From assembly GCA_036479435.1 (NCBI GenBank), contig JAZGFI010000090.1:14846-78845 (forward strand): DNA of 64,000 bases, read 5' to 3'. The position numbers were made by a program, and so were the translations under genes. A model generated the notes under the pieces. The model did not search any database and had not been told where the DNA came from. It worked only from the letters and a program-made list of their open reading frames with translations. Origin of the DNA: Planctomycetota bacterium. Its GTDB lineage: Bacteria > Planctomycetota > GCA-002687715 > DRQF01. The first letter of the stretch is position 1. Each line of letters opens with the position of its first letter. Positions 17,912 through 28,314 of the stretch are shown piece after piece.

Positions 17912-19794
17912 TGCCTGCTCTTGAGTTCGAGCTAGCCAAAGTCAAGAATTTCCCGACCGAACCCGGCTGCTACATCTTCACTGGCAAAAAAAACGAGATC
18001 CTCTACGTCGGCAAAGCGGTCAATTTGCGCAGTCGCGTACGTTCTTATTTCAACAAGAATCAAGACGACCGTTTGGTCACGCGCTATCTGCACCTTTATG
18101 CCGCCCGCATGGACTTCGTGGTGACGGGCACTGAAAAAGACGCTCTGATCCTCGAAAATAGTCTGATCAAAAAGCACAAGCCTCGCTTCAACGTGAGGCT
18201 GACCGATGACAAGACCTACTTTAGTCTTCGGATTGATCTCAACGAGCCTTGGCCTTGGCTCACGATTGTTCGCAAGCGTCGAAAAAAAGAAGGCGTGCTC
18301 TTTTTCGGCCCCTATCCTTCGGCTTCGGCGTGTCGGGGCACCCTGCAGTTTCTAAACAAGATCTTTCCGCTGCGAACTTGCAAAGACTCTGTGCTTCTCA
18401 ATCGCATTCGGCCCTGCATTAGTTACGAGATCAAGCGTTGTGTCGCCCCCTGTGTCGACTACATCGAACGCGCTGAGTACATGAAGATTGTCGAGCAGAC
18501 CTTGCAGTTTCTGAAGGGCAAGAACCAAGGGCTAATTCGCGACCTGAAGCAGAAGATGAAGGAGGCTTCGGAGTCTTTGGATTTCGAGGCGGCCGCGCTC
18601 TTGAGAGATCGCATTCAAGCCATCAACACAACCATCGAGAACCCGCGAGTCACCAAAAATATCAACCGTTCCTTTGATGTCGTGGGGCTGTACACAACTC
18701 CCGAAGAGGTGTCGCTAACGGTCTTGTTCATTCGCGACGGCGTCCTGTCTTCGAGCGCTTCCTTTCGTTTTGAGCCTTTGTTCGAAATCGATGAGTTGCT
18801 GAGGACTTTTCTCGGTCAGTTCTACGGCGAGCACCGTGCCGCACCCGAAGAGGTCATCTTGCCCGAGATACCTGCGGACTCGGAGCTGATTGAATCGACC
18901 CTGTCGGATCGGGAGCACCGGCGCGTTGAGTTGATCGTTCCGGAGCGTGGCGAGAAGAAGAAGTTGCTGCGACTCGCCGAGCGAAACGCCGAGCACGCTT
19001 GGATTCAGCGCAACGAAGACCAGAACAAGACTCAGCAGACTCTCCAAAAGCTTCGCCACGATTTGCAGCTCGTGCGCCTTCCGCGCCGAATCGAGTGTTT
19101 TGATGTTTCCAACTTGATGGGGCGTCATGTCGTTGCGTCTTGCGTGGCCTTTACGGCGGGGCGGCCGGACAAGGCGCGCTATCGGCGCTACAAGATTCGC
19201 ACGGTCGAAGGTCAGGACGATTTCGCCAGCATGGCGGAGATCTTGGAGCGTCGCCTGCTGCGAGGCCTGAAAGAGGATGATCTTCCCGACCTCATGGTTA
19301 TTGACGGCGGCAAGGGGCAGTTGAACGCAGTCAATGAAGTTTTTCGCCGGCTCAAGATCGACCGCGTGGACCTGATATCCTTGGCGAAAGCTCGAGAGGA
19401 AAAGGTCGGGACTTCGGTGCTTCGCAGCAAAGAGCGGGTCTTCAAGCCGGGTGAAGAGATACCTATTGTGTTGAATCAAAGCTCCGACGAGATGATGCTG
19501 CTGATTCAGGTACGCAACGAGGCCCACCGTTTTGCAATCACTTATCATCGTCACCTTCGCGGCAAGGCACAGATGACCAGCATCCTGGAGATGGTGCCGG
19601 GCATCGGCAAACAGAGAGCGCGTGCCCTTTTGAAAAACTTGGGATCGATCGCGGCTGTCCGCGAAGCTGATTCGGAAACCTTGGAAGCGTTGCCTGGGAT
19701 CACGCCACAGATCATTGAGGGCTTAAGGCAGTTTTTTGAAACCAAAGGAAACCTACCCGAAGACCCGAGCCTTCGCGAAGATGATGAAGGCTGA
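17911..19794 (+). CDS. uvrC: Excinuclease ABC subunit C
   Basis: GIY-YIG 'GCYIFTGKKNEILYVGKAVNLRSRVRSYF', the UVR domain 'FEAAALLRDRIQAI', and the RNase H-like plus (HhH)2 C-terminus. The start overlaps the uvrB stop (ATGA). Confidence 0.95.
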   Translation: MPALEFELAKVKNFPTEPGCYIFTGKKNEILYVGKAVNLRSRVRSYFNKNQDDRLVTRYLHLYAARMDFVVTGTEKDALILENSLIKKHKPRFNVRLTDDKTYFSLRIDLNEPWPWLTIVRKRRKKEGVLFFGPYPSASACRGTLQFLNKIFPLRTCKDSVLLNRIRPCISYEIKRCVAPCVDYIERAEYMKIVEQTLQFLKGKNQGLIRDLKQKMKEASESLDFEAAALLRDRIQAINTTIENPRVTKNINRSFDVVGLYTTPEEVSLTVLFIRDGVLSSSASFRFEPLFEIDELLRTFLGQFYGEHRAAPEEVILPEIPADSELIESTLSDREHRRVELIVPERGEKKKLLRLAERNAEHAWIQRNEDQNKTQQTLQKLRHDLQLVRLPRRIECFDVSNLMGRHVVASCVAFTAGRPDKARYRRYKIRTVEGQDDFASMAEILERRLLRGLKEDDLPDLMVIDGGKGQLNAVNEVFRRLKIDRVDLISLAKAREEKVGTSVLRSKERVFKPGEEIPIVLNQSSDEMMLLIQVRNEAHRFAITYHRHLRGKAQMTSILEMVPGIGKQRARALLKNLGSIAAVREADSETLEALPGITPQIIEGLRQFFETKGNLPEDPSLREDDEG

Positions 19795-19857
19795 GTTTAG
19801 GTTTGAAAGGGTGGTGGCTTTGGTCTGACGCGAACGTTCAGGGTTTGCGGGGTGGGG

Positions 19858-20097
19858 CTAGGGGAAGGTGGGGACCGCGCTGAGGTCTAGGGCCTCGAGG
19901 AGGGCGGGGAGGCGCTCGATGAAGGGGGCGAGGTCGCCGCTGGGGCCGATGATGACGAGCTTGTTGCCGTTTTGGACGACGGCGTTTCCTTGGCCTTTGA
20001 GATCGAGGGGGATGGAGACGGCTTCGCGGTCGATACCCAAGTCATCGGTGACTTCTAGGGCGAGGCGACTTAGGTCTTTGAATTTCTGAAGGTCCAA
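19858..20097 (-). CDS. Small hypothetical protein (79 aa), downstream of and co-oriented with the FHA gene
   Basis: ORF only. Possible roadblock/LC7-like fold, but no motif can be asserted. Confidence 0.3.
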   Translation of the reverse strand: MDLQKFKDLSRLALEVTDDLGIDREAVSIPLDLKGQGNAVVQNGNKLVIIGPSGDLAPFIERLPALLEALDLSAVPTFP

Positions 20098-20101
20098 AGT
20101 C

Positions 20102-20701
20102 TTAGCGTCCCGCTACGTAATCTTGAAGGAACCAAAACACCAAACCGACGAAGAGCAGCACACCTCCGACCAACAGGAATTTTCCGAAACCATCGGCTTG
20201 GCCGAGGTCCTGCCCGAAGAGACCTGCTTTTTTGGCCCCTTTATTGGCGTAGCGGCTGAAGGACAGGTTTTTCTCTTTGACCGGGGCGAGGGCTTTTTTG
20301 CCACTGCCAAAATCAAGGTCGCGGGAGGAGACTGAGACTGGTCGCGGGCTCGGGCGGTTGGGAACCGCAGGATTAGGCCGGGCCGTCTCACCGAGGGACG
20401 GCGCCGGGTCCGTCTCGTCATCAGCGACGAAGCTGAACTCCGTCTCGCCGACCAAAAGGTGATCGTCGTCGGTCAAACGCTCGCGCTCGACCTTCTCGCC
20501 GTTGAGTTCGGTGCCGTTTCGGCTGCCCAGGTCTTCGACCCACCAGCGGTCGTCATCGCGCCAAATCCGCGTGTGCTCGCGGGACATGGTCTTGTCTTCG
20601 ACGGTAATGAGATTGGTCGCCAAACGACCAATACTCTGGTCGTCCTGCAATTCGAATTCGCGCCCCCGGTGAGGGCCGCTGACGACCACCAGTCTGGCCA
20701 T
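20102..20701 (-). CDS. FHA domain-containing membrane-anchored protein
   Basis: N-terminal FHA 'VVVSGPHRGREFEL...SIGR...ITVEDKTMSREHTRI...WWVEDLGSRNGTELNG', a disordered linker, and a C-terminal TM 'FLLVGGVLLFVGLVFWFL'. Confidence 0.8.
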   Translation of the reverse strand: MARLVVVSGPHRGREFELQDDQSIGRLATNLITVEDKTMSREHTRIWRDDDRWWVEDLGSRNGTELNGEKVERERLTDDDHLLVGETEFSFVADDETDPAPSLGETARPNPAVPNRPSPRPVSVSSRDLDFGSGKKALAPVKEKNLSFSRYANKGAKKAGLFGQDLGQADGFGKFLLVGGVLLFVGLVFWFLQDYVAGR

Positions 20702-20808
20702 GCTATGATTCCTCGCGTTCGCAAGTTAAGGCCACCACCGTCGTCGCGATAAACGGACGAGCGCTATTGTTGGGCGGCGGCAGTGTAACAGTCAAAGGGG
20801 CTAGTGCG

Positions 20809-21669
20809 ATGAGTGCACAAAAAGTCGGCACCGTTGCCTTGGAGACGATCGCTCTGGGGCGCAGTTATCCCCGCCGCGATCCCAAAGATCCCGAATATGC
20901 GCTCGATGGACTCAATCTTAGGCTTTGTGGCGGTGAGGCCGTCGTCTTGGCCGGGGGCAATGGTGCGGGGAAGAGCACGGCTTTGAGGTTGATCGCTGGT
21001 TTGGAAATGCCCGATCGCGGCCGCGTTCGGATTTTCGGTCGGTCGCCCCGGTCCATGGTGGCCCGCCGGCGAACCGGCTACTTGCCGGATCAAAGCGAAC
21101 TGTTTCCTTTTCTGGATTGGCGTGAGACTCTAGATTTCTTCGCGGCAATCTCTGACGTCGCACGGCCCGAGGCCAAGCGCCGCGCCGATGCTTGGGGCGA
21201 GCGCTTTGGGCTGACGGACTACGGGCGAAAACGGGTGCGGGCCTTTTCGATGGGTATGCGGCGCAGGCTCGGCTTGGCGGCCGTGTTGATGAGCGAACCG
21301 GAGTTGTTGCTGCTGGACGAGCCGATCTCAGGACTTGATCCTGAGGGGATGCGTCTTTTCAACGAAGTGATGGCCGAGCAGAAAGCTCGCGGGACGGCCT
21401 TGTTGTTGTCCTCACATCACCTTGGGCAGGCCGAGACTTTTTGCGATCGGATCGTCGCGTTGCGGCGAGGCAAGGTCGTCTCCGAGGGAAGGATTGCGGA
21501 CCTCGGGCAGACGCTCGGCGCGCATGACTTCACCGTATCTGGTTTGGATCAAGAGGGCTTGGAAGCCCTCATGGCGCGAGCCGAAGAACTCGGCGCTGAG
21601 CTTAGCTCACCCCGCGTTGCGGAATCGGCTTTGGAAGACCTCCTGGTTCGCGGTGACGACGAGGCATGA
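20809..21669 (+). CDS. ABC transporter ATP-binding protein
   Basis: Walker A 'GGNGAGKST', signature 'FSMGMRRRLGLA', Walker B 'LLLLDEP', and H-loop 'SSHHL'. Start at ATG 20809. Confidence 0.85.
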   Translation: MSAQKVGTVALETIALGRSYPRRDPKDPEYALDGLNLRLCGGEAVVLAGGNGAGKSTALRLIAGLEMPDRGRVRIFGRSPRSMVARRRTGYLPDQSELFPFLDWRETLDFFAAISDVARPEAKRRADAWGERFGLTDYGRKRVRAFSMGMRRRLGLAAVLMSEPELLLLDEPISGLDPEGMRLFNEVMAEQKARGTALLLSSHHLGQAETFCDRIVALRRGKVVSEGRIADLGQTLGAHDFTVSGLDQEGLEALMARAEELGAELSSPRVAESALEDLLVRGDDEA

Positions 21670-22910
21670 AGGAAAAGCTCTCAAGCCTTGCGGAACCTAG
21701 CCTTTTTCGGGGTATTTGGCGCGGCATGCGGGCGCTGGCCGCGAACACCCTGCGTGAGGAATTGCGCAGTCGGACTTTTTTGGTCTACGTCGTGTTGTTC
21801 TTGGTCTTCATGGGCGTCTACCGCGTCGGTTTTGGCAACGAACAGCGAATCGGCGTCGCTCGTTTTTTGGACTACGCCTACAGCGGCATGTCCGCGCTGT
21901 TGCTTCTCGCCGCCGCTTTCACCGCGATTTCATTCAAGCAGCCGGGCCGTCTCGGCGGAGCTACGACGGAAGAAGTACGGCGCACCCTGGGTGCCGCCGC
22001 TTGGTTTTGGGGACGGCTTTGCGGCGTGGTGTTGGCTTTGGTTGCGCTGGCCTTCGTCTTGGGCGCGATCGTGATCATCCACTACATGGCGCGTTTTGGC
22101 GATGCGAAAGGTGAGATCGTCCAGTTGCGCGATCGCTATCTTTCTACTTCCTTTGAAAGCGCCAGCCACCCCATCTTCGTTCGCGACGTCGGCGACGAGG
22201 TTGAACTCGATTTTGCTATGCCCGCCGGTAACTTGGCAGGGCTTGAAGCGACATTCTCACCGCGGCTCGCCGTCATGAAAGAGGGCGGGGGAGTCCGTTC
22301 GAGTTACCCGGTCGGGATTCGGGTCTTTGACCCCGACCGCCTCGATGGCGGCTTAGATCAAAGTCTTGTGGTGCACCTCCACCGCGGCAAGAGTCGGCGT
22401 TTCAGCGTCGACCTTGAGGGAGTTCCACGGCCGGACCGACTCAAAGTTGTGGTTCGCAAGATTCACGCCGAGTATCTCATTCGCATGCAGCGCGAAGACC
22501 TTGAGCTCATTGGGCGCGAGCGGTCGTTCTTCGCCAACCTCTTAGAGGCCGCGCTCATGGTGGCGCTTTATGCCTCGGTTTTAGCCGCGCTCTTGCAATT
22601 TATTGCGGGCTACTTGCCCTGGGGCGTCTCCCTCTTGGCGGCCTTGGGGCTGTTGGTGTTGGCGAGTTCTTACTCGGTGGTTGAGTTGGGCTTACTTCAC
22701 GAATGGAGTCCGTTTTGGCGTCTTGCAACCTTGGAAGGTGCTAAAGCCATCTTGCCGGATTTTGGCGACTACGACGCGGCGACTCACCTCAGCCGCGGTC
22801 GAGCGGTGGGAGGGCGGCTCTTGGCGTCGTTGGTTCTCCGGGTTCTGGGTACTGGTTTCCTCGCGGGTCTTGTGAACGGATTTCTTGACCGCAGAAGAGC
22901 GCGATCATGA
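21666..22910 (+). CDS. ABC-2-type permease-like polytopic membrane protein
   Basis: ATGA overlap with the upstream ATPase stop. Multiple predicted TM helices (VYVVLFLVFMGV, LLLLAAAFTAISF, LALVALAFVLGAIVIIHY, LMVALYASVLAALL, LLAALGLLVLASS). Confidence 0.55.
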   Translation: MKEKLSSLAEPSLFRGIWRGMRALAANTLREELRSRTFLVYVVLFLVFMGVYRVGFGNEQRIGVARFLDYAYSGMSALLLLAAAFTAISFKQPGRLGGATTEEVRRTLGAAAWFWGRLCGVVLALVALAFVLGAIVIIHYMARFGDAKGEIVQLRDRYLSTSFESASHPIFVRDVGDEVELDFAMPAGNLAGLEATFSPRLAVMKEGGGVRSSYPVGIRVFDPDRLDGGLDQSLVVHLHRGKSRRFSVDLEGVPRPDRLKVVVRKIHAEYLIRMQREDLELIGRERSFFANLLEAALMVALYASVLAALLQFIAGYLPWGVSLLAALGLLVLASSYSVVELGLLHEWSPFWRLATLEGAKAILPDFGDYDAATHLSRGRAVGGRLLASLVLRVLGTGFLAGLVNGFLDRRRARS

Positions 22911-24187
22911 GGGCTCAGATCCCGCGTGTCGTCGCGTTACTGTTGATCCTGTTGGCTTTGGGCTGGTCGCGTTCAAGGCTAATCGACAAGCAAGGTGCCG
23001 ATGGCGCGCTACACCATCGTGATGCCCCGAATAGCTTTTTTTCTGTGTTCGCCTTCGGCGGCTTCAAGCCAATGTTCCTGGAGTATCTGTGGACGAAGGC
23101 TGACGCTTTGGCTCGCGAGGAGCGCTGGTGGGAAGTCATCGACGTCTACCAGCGCATCGCCCGGCTCGACCCCCAAAATCCGCGGGCGTGGTTCGCCCAG
23201 GGCTACTCGATGACCTACAACCTTGGACAGTTCGAGCCCGACGATCGGGAGCGCTGGCGTCTTTATCGGCGCGCGCTCAATCATCTTGAACGCGGACTGA
23301 AAGAGAATCCCAACGATTGGAATTTGATGGAGCTACGCTTCAACGTCTATTTTCGCCATATCGCGCCCGACCCTTACTTGAACGAGCACGCTCGCCTCAA
23401 TCTCGGCAACGACGGCATGGAAGGCGCCCTTCGCTCGGCTTTGGCCATGCGCGAGGCTTTTCCCGAGCGCCTAAGCGCCTGGGATATAGAGCGGATCGCG
23501 GTGGAGGAGTCAACCGAGTGGTTGATGAATCGAGGCCGCCTCAGTGACGCCGCCGAGCTTTTGGATTTACTCCAGGTGAGTGGCAATAAGGCGAGAGAGC
23601 AGTTCCCCCGCGAAGCGGACATTCCCCGCGCCCTCCGCGCCTGGGCTGCATGGGCGTCCCTGCTGCGCCGCACCGACTCAATGGCGAATTGGGCCGCGAT
23701 TCGTGGGGGCCAAGCGCCCTCAGAGGCGTCTGAGGCCGCGATGTTGGCGGTTCTCGAAGATCTGGGGTCCTTGGCCCAAAGGCCCATGACCTTGGTGTGG
23801 GAGTCGGACGTTGAGTATTTTGACGCCGCCGCGTATTCTCTTATCCAGTTTAAGGGTATGGAGTTAGCGCAGTTGTTTGCCCTGGCGAAAATGCCCGACT
23901 CCGCCTTGAGGCTCTCCGCAGGGGTGGCTAAATTGGCGCGCCTGCCCGGGGGCGAGATCGGGCCTCGAATGCCGTATTACACCGAGGTTTACGTCGCCAG
24001 CTTCCGAGCCTTGCTCGATGCCGACCAAGCCTTTCGAAGTCGGCCCTCCGATCCGCCTCGTCCCCCCAAGGAATCATTTGCACGGCTCCAAAAAGCCGGC
24101 GAAGAACTCGACCGTCTCGTGAAGGAACGAGCGGGCAAAAGTGATGGCTTCGTCCGTCGCTTTTTGAATTCTCGTCGCGGGCCGTAA
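22907..24187 (+). CDS. Hypothetical TPR-like protein with N-terminal TM/signal anchor, third gene of the ABC operon
   Basis: ATGA overlap with the permease. 'RVVALLLILLALGW' is a TM segment. Helical repeat composition (WWEVIDVYQRIARLDPQNPRAWFAQGY...). Confidence 0.5.
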   Translation: MRAQIPRVVALLLILLALGWSRSRLIDKQGADGALHHRDAPNSFFSVFAFGGFKPMFLEYLWTKADALAREERWWEVIDVYQRIARLDPQNPRAWFAQGYSMTYNLGQFEPDDRERWRLYRRALNHLERGLKENPNDWNLMELRFNVYFRHIAPDPYLNEHARLNLGNDGMEGALRSALAMREAFPERLSAWDIERIAVEESTEWLMNRGRLSDAAELLDLLQVSGNKAREQFPREADIPRALRAWAAWASLLRRTDSMANWAAIRGGQAPSEASEAAMLAVLEDLGSLAQRPMTLVWESDVEYFDAAAYSLIQFKGMELAQLFALAKMPDSALRLSAGVAKLARLPGGEIGPRMPYYTEVYVASFRALLDADQAFRSRPSDPPRPPKESFARLQKAGEELDRLVKERAGKSDGFVRRFLNSRRGP

Positions 24188-24267
24188 GCTAGCTGCCGCT
24201 TCGGCAGTGAGGTGGAACCACACGCGAGCGTCTAGGCGCATCGCCATGAAACTGGGAAAGTGGAAAC

Positions 24268-26400
<2,133 letters not shown>

Positions 26401-26409
26401 TCGGCTCGT

Positions 26410-26500
26410 CTGAGAGCGGTTCTCGGGCCGCTCTCAGAGCCCAAATTTGCAAGAAAACGGGGCGCTTCGAGATGCTGATTCTCGATGCGCCCCGTTCTTT
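26410..26500 (+). terminator. Two consecutive hairpins after hppA (CTGAGAGCGG/CCGCTCTCAG, then a 17-bp stem AACGGGGCGCTTCGAGA/TCTCGATGCGCCCCGTT with one mismatch, followed by CTTTCG)
   Basis: Inverted repeats read directly from the sequence. Only a weak U-tract. Confidence 0.45.
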
Positions 26501-26576
26501 CGTACTATCCTCGACGCGTTAGCATGGCAGCTACCAAGAACCCAAGAGACGAGGAGCCCTCCTAGGTGGAGGACCC

Positions 26577-26969
26577 ATGGAAAGCAAAGAAACCAAAGTT
26601 GCGCTGAATCTCTCTCCGGCCGCCCGCGCGCACCGGCTGGGTGATCTCATGCTTGAGAAAAAAGCACGTGACCTCGTCGTTATCGAGATCGACAAGATCT
26701 CTAGCCTCGCGGACTACATCGTGATTGCCACCGTCGACAACAGTCGCCAACTCAAAGCCGTCGCCCAAGACCTTGACGAAGCCATGAAGGAAGAGGGCGC
26801 GCCAAGGCTCGGCATCGAGGGTAGAGATCAAGCCTGGTGGGTGCTGCTCGATTTCGGCGATGTGATTGTGCACCTCATGCAAGCCGAAGCGCGAGAATTC
26901 TACGATCTCGAACAGCTTTGGGCCGATGGAGAGATCGTTCGTCGTTCCGATGACGACGGCACCGTCTAA
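26577..26969 (+). CDS. rsfS: Ribosome silencing factor RsfS (Iojap/DUF143)
   Basis: 'LVVIEIDKISSLADYIVIATVDNSRQLKAVAQDL' and 'WVLLDFGDVIVHLMQAEAREFYDLEQLW' match the RsfS family. Confidence 0.85.
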   Translation: MESKETKVALNLSPAARAHRLGDLMLEKKARDLVVIEIDKISSLADYIVIATVDNSRQLKAVAQDLDEAMKEEGAPRLGIEGRDQAWWVLLDFGDVIVHLMQAEAREFYDLEQLWADGEIVRRSDDDGTV

Positions 26970-26995
26970 TAGGTCCTAACTCCCGGTCTTGCTCG

Positions 26996-27052
26996 CTCGG
27001 CCTATCTAGATGCCGAGCGGTCTTACCCGCTGGGCATCTAGATAGGCCGAGC
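26996..27052. terminator. Bidirectional terminator: perfect 20-bp stem GCTCGGCCTATCTAGATGCC / GGCATCTAGATAGGCCGAGC with a 17-nt loop
   Basis: Read directly from the sequence. Sits between convergent rsfS (+) and 27061..27708 (-). The 'GAGCGGTCTTAC' motif repeats after each arm. Confidence 0.6.
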
Positions 27053-27060
27053 GGTCTTAC

Positions 27061-27708
27061 TCATAGTTCGGCGAGGAAAGCGTCAGCTTCCGCGATGGAT
27101 TTTTCCATCTCTACAATGAGCGCATCGACGTCGCTACGCACCGAAATCATCTGCGATTGCAAAGAAGAGATGGCCCGGGCGTTCAGGTTGTGTTTCAAAA
27201 ACAACACTTGGTCGTGGAACTTCGTTAGCACCGGTGGCATCTTGCTTTCGGCGCGGCGCATTGCCGTCAGCATCCCGTCGTAGCGGCTTTGGGTGTCACG
27301 CCTTAACTGTGCACTTTCGCTGCGAAGGCCTGGATCGCTGATCTCTGCGGTTTCGGCTTCCCATTCGAAGAACAAGTCGTGGGCGACTTTTTCGATAGAG
27401 TTGATCCGATCGCTCACAGACTCAGCCTCATCGACCGAATCTTCGTAACCCGACTTCAGCCGGTCGTAGCGATCTTCCAGTTCACCCCCGTCGAAGTCGT
27501 TGAGGTCCCTAAAGGCGTCCAGGGTGCTGCGAAACTGGTCGCGAGCGTCCTCTTGTTGTGACCGGGCTTCTTCGACGCGGTCGACCAAGATGTCGCGTTT
27601 GTCGATTCCGAGTTTTTCCATGGTGCCGTAGTACACCGAGCTGCAAGCGCTCGTTGCGGCGATGAGGAGCATCAGGACTAGGCTAAGTTGGAAGCGAGGG
27701 CTAGGCAT
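27061..27708 (-). CDS. DUF2959-like lipoprotein
   Basis: Lipobox 'LLIAATSAC' then 'SSVYYGTMEKLGIDKRDILVDRVEEARSQQEDA', which resembles the conserved N-terminal block of DUF2959 proteins as I recall it. The rest is coiled-coil-like and acidic. Confidence 0.5.
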   Translation of the reverse strand: MPSPRFQLSLVLMLLIAATSACSSVYYGTMEKLGIDKRDILVDRVEEARSQQEDARDQFRSTLDAFRDLNDFDGGELEDRYDRLKSGYEDSVDEAESVSDRINSIEKVAHDLFFEWEAETAEISDPGLRSESAQLRRDTQSRYDGMLTAMRRAESKMPPVLTKFHDQVLFLKHNLNARAISSLQSQMISVRSDVDALIVEMEKSIAEADAFLAEL

Positions 27709-27807
27709 GGGGCGGGAACTCCGTACGCGGGGCGACCACTGGGCTGGAGGAGTCGCCAAGGGCGTATCCCAAGCTTGGTTCCGCAATTTGCGTGTTCTAA
27801 AGAGCGT

Positions 27808-28251
27808 TTAGTTTTCGACGGTCGACGGAAAGCGTTCGAGCGTAACTTTGCCCTCGAAGCGTTCGAGGATCAGCAGCAGGTTGCGCTCAAGGCTGGGGTG
27901 ATTGGCAACGAGGTCCGGGCCGCGGTGAGCCGTCATCCGGTAGGCCTTGTTGCTATCAGTAACGAAGCCGATCACGCCGCCGTTGGCGTCGCGAAGCGTG
28001 TGCTGGTAGCGATCGTTGTCATCATTGTAGTCACCATCGATCACATACATCGTCTCGAGAGTGCCGACGGGCTTGCCGTCGAGGAGCACTTTCTGGATGG
28101 CAACGGTCTCAAATTTCTCGGCGGGATCCGCAAACTTGATATCGGAGACCTGGCGGTGTTCCGATTCGGCAACGCAGCCTGTGCCAATGAAGGCACTGGC
28201 AATCAAAGTGAGAATCAACGAGGACGGGCGACGGTTCGCCATGGTGATCAT
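27808..28251 (-). CDS. Hypothetical lipoprotein
   Basis: 'LILTLIASAFIGTGC' signal/lipobox. No recognisable domain. Confidence 0.45.
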   Translation of the reverse strand: MITMANRRPSSLILTLIASAFIGTGCVAESEHRQVSDIKFADPAEKFETVAIQKVLLDGKPVGTLETMYVIDGDYNDDNDRYQHTLRDANGGVIGFVTDSNKAYRMTAHRGPDLVANHPSLERNLLLILERFEGKVTLERFPSTVEN

Positions 28252-28314
28252 TTCTCCACATCTTCTGCTACGAAAGCCGCTTAGGAGTCTTCGCGAGCGG
28301 CGGCATGGTAGCAT

